A stretch of DNA of 64,000 nucleotides from Bacteroidota bacterium (GTDB taxonomy: Bacteria; Bacteroidota; Bacteroidia; Palsa-965), in assembly GCA_013289095.1 (NCBI GenBank), contig JABDAO010000002.1, forward strand, positions 2,673 through 66,672. Reading direction: 5' to 3'. Shown piece after piece: positions 49,034 through 57,567 of this stretch; within the stretch, counting starts at the first letter, position 1, and every line of letters starts with the position of its first letter. The notes beneath the pieces were generated by a model. It was not told the DNA's origin, ran no database searches, and worked only from the letters and a program-made list of their open reading frames with translations. Position numbers and translations under genes: made by a program.

Positions 49034-50233
49034 TCAAATCAGATGCCGGATTATATAAATCGCATCTGAAAAGGAATTTGCGCGAAAAAAGACATTGGAT
49101 AGAGAAAAGAAACAAAATGTCAGTAATATACTGAGGCGTGAATACACGAGCTTGGGGATTTTTTTAGAGATGAATTTGCGTTGTTTTTTTGTTAAAAATT
49201 CAAAGCAGATGAAGACACTTTGCAAAAAACCATAAAACACAAAATTCCAACTGGCCCCATGCCACAATCCGATAATACTGAATGTAATTACGGTAGCCAG
49301 AATGATTCCCCACTTACCAGCATGTCTGAAGTAGAGAGAGATTGGATTGAAGAGATAATCGTGAACCCAGGATGAAAGTGAAATGTGCCAGCGGCGCCAC
49401 AATTCGGAGATCGATGTTGCTGCAAGAGGCCTGTCAAAATTTTGCATCAGCGTAAACCCCATCACCCTGGCTGCTCCAATGGCAATATCTGAATACCCCG
49501 AAAAATCGCAATAAACCTGCAAAGTAAACCCTGCCGAAGCCACGAGGAAGGGTAATCCGTGATATGCATGAACATCACCAAAGATCGGGGTGATGAGTAA
49601 TGAAATCCTGTCGGCTATGATGCATTTTTTAATGAATCCCCAAAGCATCTGTAGCAGCCCATCGCGGGCATTCTCATAGTTGAATGTATGAGTTTCATAA
49701 AATTGGTGGATAATATGTTGTGGTCGTTCAATCGGACCCGCTACAAGCTGAGGATAAAACATGACGTACAATGCATATATTCCTAGGTTTTTTTCTGCCC
49801 GCTGGTTTCCACGATACACTTCGATGGTATAACTCATTGCCTGGAAAGTATGAAATGACAGCCCGATAGGCAGGAGGATATTTAAGTAGGGTATCGGGTT
49901 TTTGTGCCCTGTAAGGCTGATGAGCCCCGATAAATTGCCGTTTAAAAAGTTATAGTACTTGAATACTGCCAATACCAATACGTTGGCAACGATACTCATG
50001 ATCAGGAACCTCTTCTTTTGGGATATTGTTCCCGCTTTCTGTATGAGTATTCCCGCCCAGTAATCGATAATAATGGTAAAGAACAAAATCAGGATATAAA
50101 TAACCTTGAAATAGATATAGAAAATGCAGCTGGCGAAAAGGAGCAGGCCCCACCTGTATTTATGGGGAAACAGAAAATATAGGAGAGTGACAAGAGGGAA
50201 AAAAAGGAAAAATTCCAGAGAATTAAATAACAT
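49034..50233 (-). CDS. MBOAT family O-acyltransferase #3, C-terminally truncated
   Basis: Intact core (LWRRWHISLS, GLWHGASWNF). Stops 14 aa after FFRA, whereas the paralogues run about 90 aa further to FIYFxF. Confidence 0.85.
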   Translation of the reverse strand: MLFNSLEFFLFFPLVTLLYFLFPHKYRWGLLLFASCIFYIYFKVIYILILFFTIIIDYWAGILIQKAGTISQKKRFLIMSIVANVLVLAVFKYYNFLNGNLSGLISLTGHKNPIPYLNILLPIGLSFHTFQAMSYTIEVYRGNQRAEKNLGIYALYVMFYPQLVAGPIERPQHIIHQFYETHTFNYENARDGLLQMLWGFIKKCIIADRISLLITPIFGDVHAYHGLPFLVASAGFTLQVYCDFSGYSDIAIGAARVMGFTLMQNFDRPLAATSISELWRRWHISLSSWVHDYLFNPISLYFRHAGKWGIILATVITFSIIGLWHGASWNFVFYGFLQSVFICFEFLTKKQRKFISKKIPKLVYSRLSILLTFCFFSLSNVFFRANSFSDAIYIIRHLI

Positions 50234-50942
50234 CAGAGGCCGCGTTAATGATAAAATTCGAACCGTTTATTTGCTGGCTGCAACGTGTTAGAAAACGGAC
50301 ACTTTCAGCCACCTCGTCAGGTTTCAGAAGCTGCTTCAGCGGATGTTGATCACGCATCGTTTCCACAATGCGCTCATCTGTTTCAGAATTCATATTCGTC
50401 TCCATAAAAGCCGGAGAAACCACGTTCGATGTAATATGAAAGGCCGCATTTTCGATAGCCCATGATTTGTGAAGCGATAATAAATAGTTCTTTTGTGCCA
50501 CATACTCACTCCATCCAATCGGCGGTTTGTTAATGATGGCAGAAGAGAGAATGGTAATAATTTTACCAAATCGTTCTTTCCGAAAAAGCAGAAGCGCTTT
50601 TTGAGTGATCTTAATGACAGGAATAACATTCAGTCTAAAGCTATTCAGTATAGCTTCAGGAGACATTTTGTGAAAGTGTTTTTTTTCAAACCCCGCAAAC
50701 GCATTATTGATCAGAATGGTTGGTTTTATTTCTTCCATTTTTACCAGCAGCGATTCAAGGGACGATTCAGATTCGAAATCACAGTGAATGCCTACAACAT
50801 TCGGGAATTTTACGCTGAGTTCTGCCGCGCCCAAATGCGACTTGTTATAAGTAAAAAAGATCCGGTCCTGCTCCTCTGCTGCCAGGGCACGCGTTATTGA
50901 TTCTCCAAGTCCCGAAGCGCCTCCTGTTATCAGTATATTCAT
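50223..50942 (-). CDS. SDR family oxidoreductase (FabG/KR-like)
   Basis: ITGGASGLG, LINNA, YVAQK (YxxxK), VSPAF. Overlaps the MBOAT start by 11 nt. Confidence 0.9.
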   Translation of the reverse strand: MNILITGGASGLGESITRALAAEEQDRIFFTYNKSHLGAAELSVKFPNVVGIHCDFESESSLESLLVKMEEIKPTILINNAFAGFEKKHFHKMSPEAILNSFRLNVIPVIKITQKALLLFRKERFGKIITILSSAIINKPPIGWSEYVAQKNYLLSLHKSWAIENAAFHITSNVVSPAFMETNMNSETDERIVETMRDQHPLKQLLKPDEVAESVRFLTRCSQQINGSNFIINAASDVI

Positions 50943-51045
50943 GTAGGTTTGAATGTTTACAATTCGCTGAAACGAATGCCTTCATCCTCTCAGCTTGCCC
51001 CGGTTTCCATTTCTGTCGGCCGGCGGTCTGAAAAGATTGCAATTT

Positions 51046-51459
51046 TCAGAGAAGCCCTATGCTTATCCGGCCTTTCGCAATCCTTTGACCGGTTTGGTTT
51101 TCGAATAAGTACTTAAATTCAATCACACGGACCGACTCATGCACGTGGTCAATGATGGCCGTAAATCTCAACTCATCTCCCAGATAAAATGGATTTAGGT
51201 AATTAATTTCCTGCGAATGTATAATCACTTCCTTGTCTGGAAGTTTTTCTCCAACAAAGTAAGAGAGAAATCCGCATAAAATATTGCCATACATTACTTC
51301 TGAGCGGAACCCTTTGTTTCTTGCAAAGTCAGCATTTGTATGGAGCGGATTGCAATCCCGGAAGGTTGATTTAAACCCCAGGTATACTTCTTCGTTGACC
51401 TTAAATAGTAAAATTATTTTTTCGCCTTCTTTCAAGAGGTTAGCCAAGCTTTTGTTCAA
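51046..51459 (-). CDS. MaoC-like hotdog dehydratase
   Basis: FRDCNPLHTNADFARNKGF...YGNIL, YLNPFYLGD. Confidence 0.85.
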   Translation of the reverse strand: MNKSLANLLKEGEKIILLFKVNEEVYLGFKSTFRDCNPLHTNADFARNKGFRSEVMYGNILCGFLSYFVGEKLPDKEVIIHSQEINYLNPFYLGDELRFTAIIDHVHESVRVIEFKYLFENQTGQRIAKGRISIGLL

Positions 51460-51682
51460 TGAGATGAATCATGTCGCCAACCTGATTGAAGTTCCTGATC
51501 TCCTGAGAGGTGAACTTCAATTTGAAATGTTTTTCAATTGCAACTATCAACTGTATATGCGTCAATGAATCCCACTCTTCAATGTCCTTGGCCGATGTGT
51601 CAAGCTTTATCTGGAGTGCCTCATTGTCCATGACATCAATAAAAATTTCACTCGTTTCGCGTAGTACCTGATCTGTAGACAT
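51440..51682 (-). CDS. Acyl carrier protein
   Basis: EEWDSLTHIQLIVAIEKHF (phosphopantetheine Ser in DSL); about 80 aa, acidic. Confidence 0.9.
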   Translation of the reverse strand: MSTDQVLRETSEIFIDVMDNEALQIKLDTSAKDIEEWDSLTHIQLIVAIEKHFKLKFTSQEIRNFNQVGDMIHLIEQKLG

Positions 51683-51970
51683 AAAGTTTTTCGTTTCTTC
51701 AGTTGGTGATTCCAAAGGTAATGATTATCGTGTACTTAGCCATATTGGGTCCTGATACCCATTCGTTTATCCCAGAGAGCGGCTTACCTGCTCCGAATCC
51801 TACCGGAGAATGGTAGATCCCCAATGGTACCTGCACATTTTTTCGCTCTTTCGGTATCTATTGATTACGCAAAAGATATGTGAAATGCTCATTGATAAGA
51901 ATCTCCTACTCCAGCAATTGTCCCATAGCCCCTTGTTTACCTGGTTTTGTATTCTGTTAGTCAATGAAGG

Positions 51971-53713
51971 TTAATTGGGGACATTCGTCTCGGTTATATG
52001 CTCAATAAATGTTGGACGTGCCTGGTACGAATTAGCATCCATCAGCCAGTGCCCTTCGAGTGCATTGAAGCCTAGGTTTTCATAATGATTTTTCACGAGT
52101 GCATTTTTTAAGGTTGGCAAATATTCGCCTTTCAGGCACTTAAACCCATTCTTGCAGGCCAGTTCAACAATTGTATTGAGCATGAAATTTTCCATGCCTC
52201 TTTTTAGAACCCGGCAACTCATCAGCCAGGTTTCAATGAAAAGCGTTTCAGTGTCTTGTTTTTCTAAAATGGCAAGGGCGATCAATCCGTTGTCACCATA
52301 TTTGTCTGCCAGGGAAAATGCAAGGGTGTAATATTCGCCTGACTCAGACAAGGTTTTGATCATATCCTCCGTATAGCGGGTTGTTCGGAGGTTGAATTGA
52401 TTCGATCGTTGTGAAAGTTGTGTAACCCGGGGGCAATTGAAGCGTGTGAAAGGTTGTACGAGGGCATTCATCTTTAAGCTCTGTAGAAAATCGTTTTCAT
52501 CCGAAAACGTTTTTTGTAATTCGGCCCTCCTGGCCTCTGTCTGATATTGTTTGGTGCGGGTGGTGTCTTCCTCTGTAAATGATGCTGTTTCGAACAGGTT
52601 CAGTACCTGGAGGCACTGAAGGTATTCTGCCGGGTCTTCAGGTAATTCGGGAACGGTTATTTCAGGGAGGTGGGTACGAACCATATCACGTTCGAATGGA
52701 TTATCATCAAGAAAGACCATCGAATCAAAACCAATATTTAGGATTGATTGGATGTGCCGGATGTTATCGACTTTCGTTTCCCAGTTCGCGATAAAGACAG
52801 CAATGTCTGTTAAGCGAAGCACCATATCCGGATGATTTTCAAAAGGCGCTTTCGCGATTGCCTCTGTATTTTTACTACAAACGGCCAGAATGATTCCCCT
52901 GTTTTTGAGCTGTTTGAGCCAATGCTGGAATTCGGTGAATGCCTTGCCCCCCCCTAAATCTCCAATCTGAATAGATTCAACGCCATCGTCTCCAATGGTT
53001 CCGCCCCATAAGGTATTGTCGAGGTCAAGAATCACGCATTTGATAAAGGTACCCTGGATACTTTGAATAATTTTTGCTGTATTTCTGGCTATGATTGGAA
53101 GAAAATCAATACTGAAAAGAATATCTGTGTTTATATAAACCTTCTCATCGTGTACAAAGGAATAGCCAAACTGATTGTGAAGAGCCGACAAATCATTGAT
53201 ATAGAGTTGTGGGTTCGTAATTGCAAGGTTCATCAAGCCCAGGTTTATGCTTCTGAGCTGATAGATGAATGAGCCCGCTAATTTGTTCGCAAAATTGCCA
53301 TAGATATTGTCTGTTACTTCAGGAAAATTAAAATAAATAACCCTTGATTTTGAGCTAGCATGGAGGTGATCAGTCAGTTGTACAATGGCACGGAGTTGAT
53401 CTGTTGAAAAGCTGGTTTTCTCCGAGTATGATAGTTCATAAAATTTTTTCCTGAGTTTTTGGGTGGATTGAAAGACGATGGTGTAATCGGGGTGGAAGGC
53501 GTATAAATCGGAATGGGGATCAAGTATCTGAAGCTGGATTTGGTTATAGTCGGATTCAAATATCAGAAAATTGATGCCCAAGTTATAACCTGCCCCGCGA
53601 AATGCTTGTACAAACAACTGGCTTGCAGAGTCAGCCAGAACAGCAATTCTTAAAACTGGTAAACCAGCAAAGTCCTTTTTTAGATTTTTCTTGAGCGCCG
53701 AAAATGAGTCCAC
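51971..53713 (-). CDS. fkbH: FkbH-like HAD-IIIC glyceryl-ACP transferase/phosphatase
   Basis: ILDLDNTLWGG, CSKN, FLDDNPFER, QRSNQFNL, DKYGDNGLI, WLMSCRVL. Confidence 0.92.
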   Translation of the reverse strand: MDSFSALKKNLKKDFAGLPVLRIAVLADSASQLFVQAFRGAGYNLGINFLIFESDYNQIQLQILDPHSDLYAFHPDYTIVFQSTQKLRKKFYELSYSEKTSFSTDQLRAIVQLTDHLHASSKSRVIYFNFPEVTDNIYGNFANKLAGSFIYQLRSINLGLMNLAITNPQLYINDLSALHNQFGYSFVHDEKVYINTDILFSIDFLPIIARNTAKIIQSIQGTFIKCVILDLDNTLWGGTIGDDGVESIQIGDLGGGKAFTEFQHWLKQLKNRGIILAVCSKNTEAIAKAPFENHPDMVLRLTDIAVFIANWETKVDNIRHIQSILNIGFDSMVFLDDNPFERDMVRTHLPEITVPELPEDPAEYLQCLQVLNLFETASFTEEDTTRTKQYQTEARRAELQKTFSDENDFLQSLKMNALVQPFTRFNCPRVTQLSQRSNQFNLRTTRYTEDMIKTLSESGEYYTLAFSLADKYGDNGLIALAILEKQDTETLFIETWLMSCRVLKRGMENFMLNTIVELACKNGFKCLKGEYLPTLKNALVKNHYENLGFNALEGHWLMDANSYQARPTFIEHITETNVPN

Positions 53714-53903
53714 GATAGGTTTAGATTGTCAGTAAATATAACAAATTTGCAAAACAGTTTGAGTCTGAGGCAAAGCGGATCTTTCATCTTTGCAAAGAGT
53801 TTCAGGCTCTTACCAACGGGATGGTAGACAAACGAAAGACCTGTTGATGGATTCAAAGCGGCTTTCGGGGGCAGGCAAACCAAAGAGGAAGGATAGACTA
53901 GAA

Positions 53904-55454
53904 TTACGCATGCTTAGTCCGATAATTCCAAATCAGTGAAAGGCATTTTTGGATTGATATGGAAGCTAAAATGGTCAGGAGAGCATAGGCCGGGTTAAAA
54001 AACCGGATGTCGATGAACAAAAGGATAAAGGGGAAAACGCAAATTAACACGAGGGTTGCTGAAAGGATGAACATATTTTCCGGATTCCTTGCTCTCCAGG
54101 CCAGAAACCCTCCTGCTAGACCAAATAAAAGGACAATCCAGTAGAGGATTGACTGGCTGATCTTGAAAAAGATCCCGAAGTAATCAGCTTTCATAGAATC
54201 CAGCTTTTTAAACGGAAGATAAATAGACCCGCTGTTGACCAGGAATTCTTTTAGTAGCACGATCCTGTTCAGTACAAAATAGTAAAAGGGTTTTTCCTGT
54301 TTATAATTTATCGTGTAGGCATCAAATCGTGCGTTCAGGATGCGGGCTGCATTGTTTTGGGAAAGTGTATGATGATGGGTATTGTGGTCAATAATCTCTG
54401 TCTGTATAAGCAGAAAATCTCTTCGCATCGATCGAACAGAGTCAAGGTTAAAGGTTGATGTGAAAATACGGGATGGGGGAAGCCAGTCCTTGCCTGCGAA
54501 TGGAGTATTACACATCCACGCCGCCAGGGTATTCGGGCGATAAAAGATCATATCTCCTCCCACCGTTTTGATCCAGTTGTACATATGATATTCCAGGTCT
54601 TCGGCCGGTTCTCCGGTGCCTTCCACCCACCGGTTGTATTGAAATGGAATGATCATCTTCAGATCCCGGTAGTTGCGGGGTATCCACCAAAGCTCAAACC
54701 CTATAAGCCAAATCAAAAAGAGTGAGAGGGGGATACGCATTTTTTTGAACCGGTCAAGTATTGACCGGATACGGATTGACATTCTTTTGCCGTTGTCCCA
54801 GAGAAAATACAGGAGAAAAAAAGGCAGAATCGTAATCGCGATCACGCGTAACAGGATCGTCCAGGTAAGAAGAAGTCCCGAAATGGCGATGAAGGAGTTG
54901 CGCCCGGTCTGTTTGTATCTCATTGCGAAATAGATAGAAAAGATCAGGATGCTTACACCGAGGCTCTCTGGACCAACATAGCGGTCAAGCACACAGACGT
55001 AGGTGGAAATGGAATAAAGAATAAAGGTGATGTAAAAAACAGAAACCTTGTTGGTAAGCATCTGCGAGACCAGGGCCAGATAGTAAATGCTTATCCCTCC
55101 CAGGAGCACTTGTGCGAGGACCAACAAGCCTTTTGCGACAAAAGGGGAACAAAACAAACGGAACAGGAAATAGGGGGCAGCGTAGCCGGGCATCCGTGTT
55201 ACCCGGGTCCACTTATCATCAGGGTTTGATTGGTAATCACCTCCGTTGATCATGGATTCAGCAGGGCCCAGGAAAGTACTGGTTTCGATCGTATTCAGAT
55301 ACGGAACGGAGTTTCCATCTGCCCCTGTCCTTGGATAGTTCACATTACCCAGGTGAAGGATATAGGCGTAGAGAATAGTCTTCGAGAGGATCCCTAGTAT
55401 GATCCAGGTGAACGATCTCTCCGGGCTGAACAAGCTAGCGTTCTTGTTTTTCAT
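53904..55454 (-). CDS. Polytopic GT-C/ArnT(PMT)-like membrane glycosyltransferase
   Basis: TRMPGY loop motif, PESL, multiple TM segments, large periplasmic loop, IRF near the C-terminus. Confidence 0.6.
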   Translation of the reverse strand: MKNKNASLFSPERSFTWIILGILSKTILYAYILHLGNVNYPRTGADGNSVPYLNTIETSTFLGPAESMINGGDYQSNPDDKWTRVTRMPGYAAPYFLFRLFCSPFVAKGLLVLAQVLLGGISIYYLALVSQMLTNKVSVFYITFILYSISTYVCVLDRYVGPESLGVSILIFSIYFAMRYKQTGRNSFIAISGLLLTWTILLRVIAITILPFFLLYFLWDNGKRMSIRIRSILDRFKKMRIPLSLFLIWLIGFELWWIPRNYRDLKMIIPFQYNRWVEGTGEPAEDLEYHMYNWIKTVGGDMIFYRPNTLAAWMCNTPFAGKDWLPPSRIFTSTFNLDSVRSMRRDFLLIQTEIIDHNTHHHTLSQNNAARILNARFDAYTINYKQEKPFYYFVLNRIVLLKEFLVNSGSIYLPFKKLDSMKADYFGIFFKISQSILYWIVLLFGLAGGFLAWRARNPENMFILSATLVLICVFPFILLFIDIRFFNPAYALLTILASISIQKCLSLIWNYRTKHA

Positions 55455-56331
55455 TCGAGTAATTCCAGTTCGATAAATCCTTGCCTAATAAACGAGAAAG
55501 TTCTTCATTATAGGGTTTAAAAAACTCCGAGAGGATCATTCTGCTCCCAGTACTCATGGGTTGGTGAAATTCTTTTGATTTGTTCAGGCCTCTTACAGCA
55601 TTACCATATTTATGGGCCTGGTGGATGGTTGTAAATGGCAAAAGTAATTTTCTCAGTATGCTCTTGTTGCTCAGGGCTTTTGCAACCATTTTTGCATAGG
55701 TTACTGAACGTTGTTTTTGTGTGACGTTGTGTTTTATCTTGGTATTAGGCATAAAATCGGATCTCACACCTATTTTCTGAAAGATTGTTTTGCAAATCTG
55801 AGGGGCATTGTCCTTCAAATCTTCGTAGAAAATAACCTGTACCTGTTCCTTCGGGAAGATTGAATAAAGTATCCGCAGGTGTTGGATGTAAATACCATAA
55901 TCAATAAAAAATTGATATTCCCAGCTTGATTTGTGACTGAGCAACCTGGGGATTTCATCGAACCCAAAGCTTCCGGATCCAGCATTCTTTTCCATCAGAT
56001 AAGATGAATAGGCTCTGTCAACCGGGTTTCTCAGAATTATGACGATTTCACATTTGGGATTGTGAGCATACAGCCTTTTGAGGGCTTCCTCATCACTATA
56101 TAAACTGGCGCTTTTAGCGAGTATGATATCTGAGTCTGAAATTGATTCGGTCTGATAGTATTTCTTAACGGCACTCTCATATCCCTTTTTGTACTCATTT
56201 GGGGTGAGGAAATAAGCGAATTCCTTTTGCGCATGCCTGACAATATTGGGATGTTCTCCCAGGTACATCAGTAACGAGGTTGTCCCAGCTTTTTGTGCCC
56301 CCACAATCATTAAATCAATAGGTCTCATCAC
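55435..56331 (-). CDS. PAPS-dependent sulfotransferase
   Basis: 5'-PSB loop GAQKAGTTSL, KEFAYF, 3'-PB motif LRNPVDRAYS, FYEDL. Confidence 0.88.
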   Translation of the reverse strand: MMRPIDLMIVGAQKAGTTSLLMYLGEHPNIVRHAQKEFAYFLTPNEYKKGYESAVKKYYQTESISDSDIILAKSASLYSDEEALKRLYAHNPKCEIVIILRNPVDRAYSSYLMEKNAGSGSFGFDEIPRLLSHKSSWEYQFFIDYGIYIQHLRILYSIFPKEQVQVIFYEDLKDNAPQICKTIFQKIGVRSDFMPNTKIKHNVTQKQRSVTYAKMVAKALSNKSILRKLLLPFTTIHQAHKYGNAVRGLNKSKEFHQPMSTGSRMILSEFFKPYNEELSRLLGKDLSNWNYSNEKQER

Positions 56332-56554
56332 TTGTCAAGCTTAGGGTTCGGAAATTTAGCAGATATTTCGGTGAATTAGGCAAAATTATGCAATTATATG
56401 AATCCTGTAAACCGGAATTCAGTCTCACTGGATTCTGATCCTTTTAGCTATCAGGAATCCTTAATTAATTTTCATTTAATTATAGACATCAAGTACACTT
56501 GATGAAAGATCAGGCAGTTGAAAAGCTCGTTTTGTTTTGAGATTTTCCAGTTCC

Positions 56555-57523
56555 CTAACGCTTTTTAACTCCATCTTGATTAGTGCTTCCGATGTTTAGT
56601 TTTTTTCTCACCTGGTTGCCTATAATAATTGAGTAGTAGGCAGCTCCACTGGTGTTCAAATGTTCGGTGTTTCGAAAGAATTCTCTGTGCTCGCAAAGCC
56701 GGAGGGTGTCTTCGCGAACGAAATCCAATTGACGGGTGGAAGCAATGTGGGTGATCTTTTTGAAAATTTCCTTGGAGTCCAGAACATGACGTTGATAATT
56801 TTTGTTGTACTCAGGTGCCGATGTTAGGAGGAGTTTGATGTTTTTCGAATTACACAGGTCTATGATATGTTCCAATAGTTGTACTCCTTCTTCATCGACA
56901 GGCTGACTCATAAAACGGGTGATGGTATCGGCATTAGACATTTCCAAAAGGGTGTTAGTAGAATACCCCTTATATTGAAACTCATGACCGAGTTTTTGTT
57001 GATTTTCGAGCAGACCTTTTAAAGCATCGGCTAATATTGGATACTCATCGTCCGTAAAATGCAGGAAGGGCAGCAGGCGAAATCTCCAGGGTATGGGTGC
57101 CGCTTTCTCGAGGGTTTTCTCTAGTATGGTGTTGGAAAGATAGGGTCGGTAAGGCATCGATGTCTTTATTTTCTGGCCCAGGTTGAATGAGCCCAGATCG
57201 AGTGTCAGCACGATATACTCGGGCGCAGGATGGACGAGGAGGTAGGCATTGAGGATCATGTTTACCTCAAACAGATTTGCTCCGTCTATTCCGCTGTTGA
57301 TCGAATGCAAACCGGTAACACGGTCAAAAATGGCCGGATTAATAAAATAGTGAATACTCGAGGAGCCCAGGAGCAGACAGTTGTAGGCGGTTGGACGTAC
57401 AAACAGCTCATCCATTTTTTCGTGCTCGCATTTCCCGGCTTCACGCGAGGCAATCAGAAAGGCGAGCTGACAAATAATGCATGCAAGGAGGAGCGAAAGA
57501 ATAATCCGGTAGAACGGTTTCAT
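56555..57523 (-). CDS. SGNH-like periplasmic partner of MBOAT #4
   Basis: N-terminal TM helix (start MKPFY at 57523), LLGSSS, FFRNTEHLNTSGA. Confidence 0.75.
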   Translation of the reverse strand: MKPFYRIILSLLLACIICQLAFLIASREAGKCEHEKMDELFVRPTAYNCLLLGSSSIHYFINPAIFDRVTGLHSINSGIDGANLFEVNMILNAYLLVHPAPEYIVLTLDLGSFNLGQKIKTSMPYRPYLSNTILEKTLEKAAPIPWRFRLLPFLHFTDDEYPILADALKGLLENQQKLGHEFQYKGYSTNTLLEMSNADTITRFMSQPVDEEGVQLLEHIIDLCNSKNIKLLLTSAPEYNKNYQRHVLDSKEIFKKITHIASTRQLDFVREDTLRLCEHREFFRNTEHLNTSGAAYYSIIIGNQVRKKLNIGSTNQDGVKKR

Positions 57524-57567
57524 AGCAAAGAAATCAGGTAGTGCCGCAATAAAAAATAAGCAAAGAA

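Noticed and set aside
49034-53713. Polyketide or NRPS secondary-metabolite cluster
   Set aside because: No ketosynthase, adenylation or condensation domains in the window. The neighbours are MBOAT and glycan genes.
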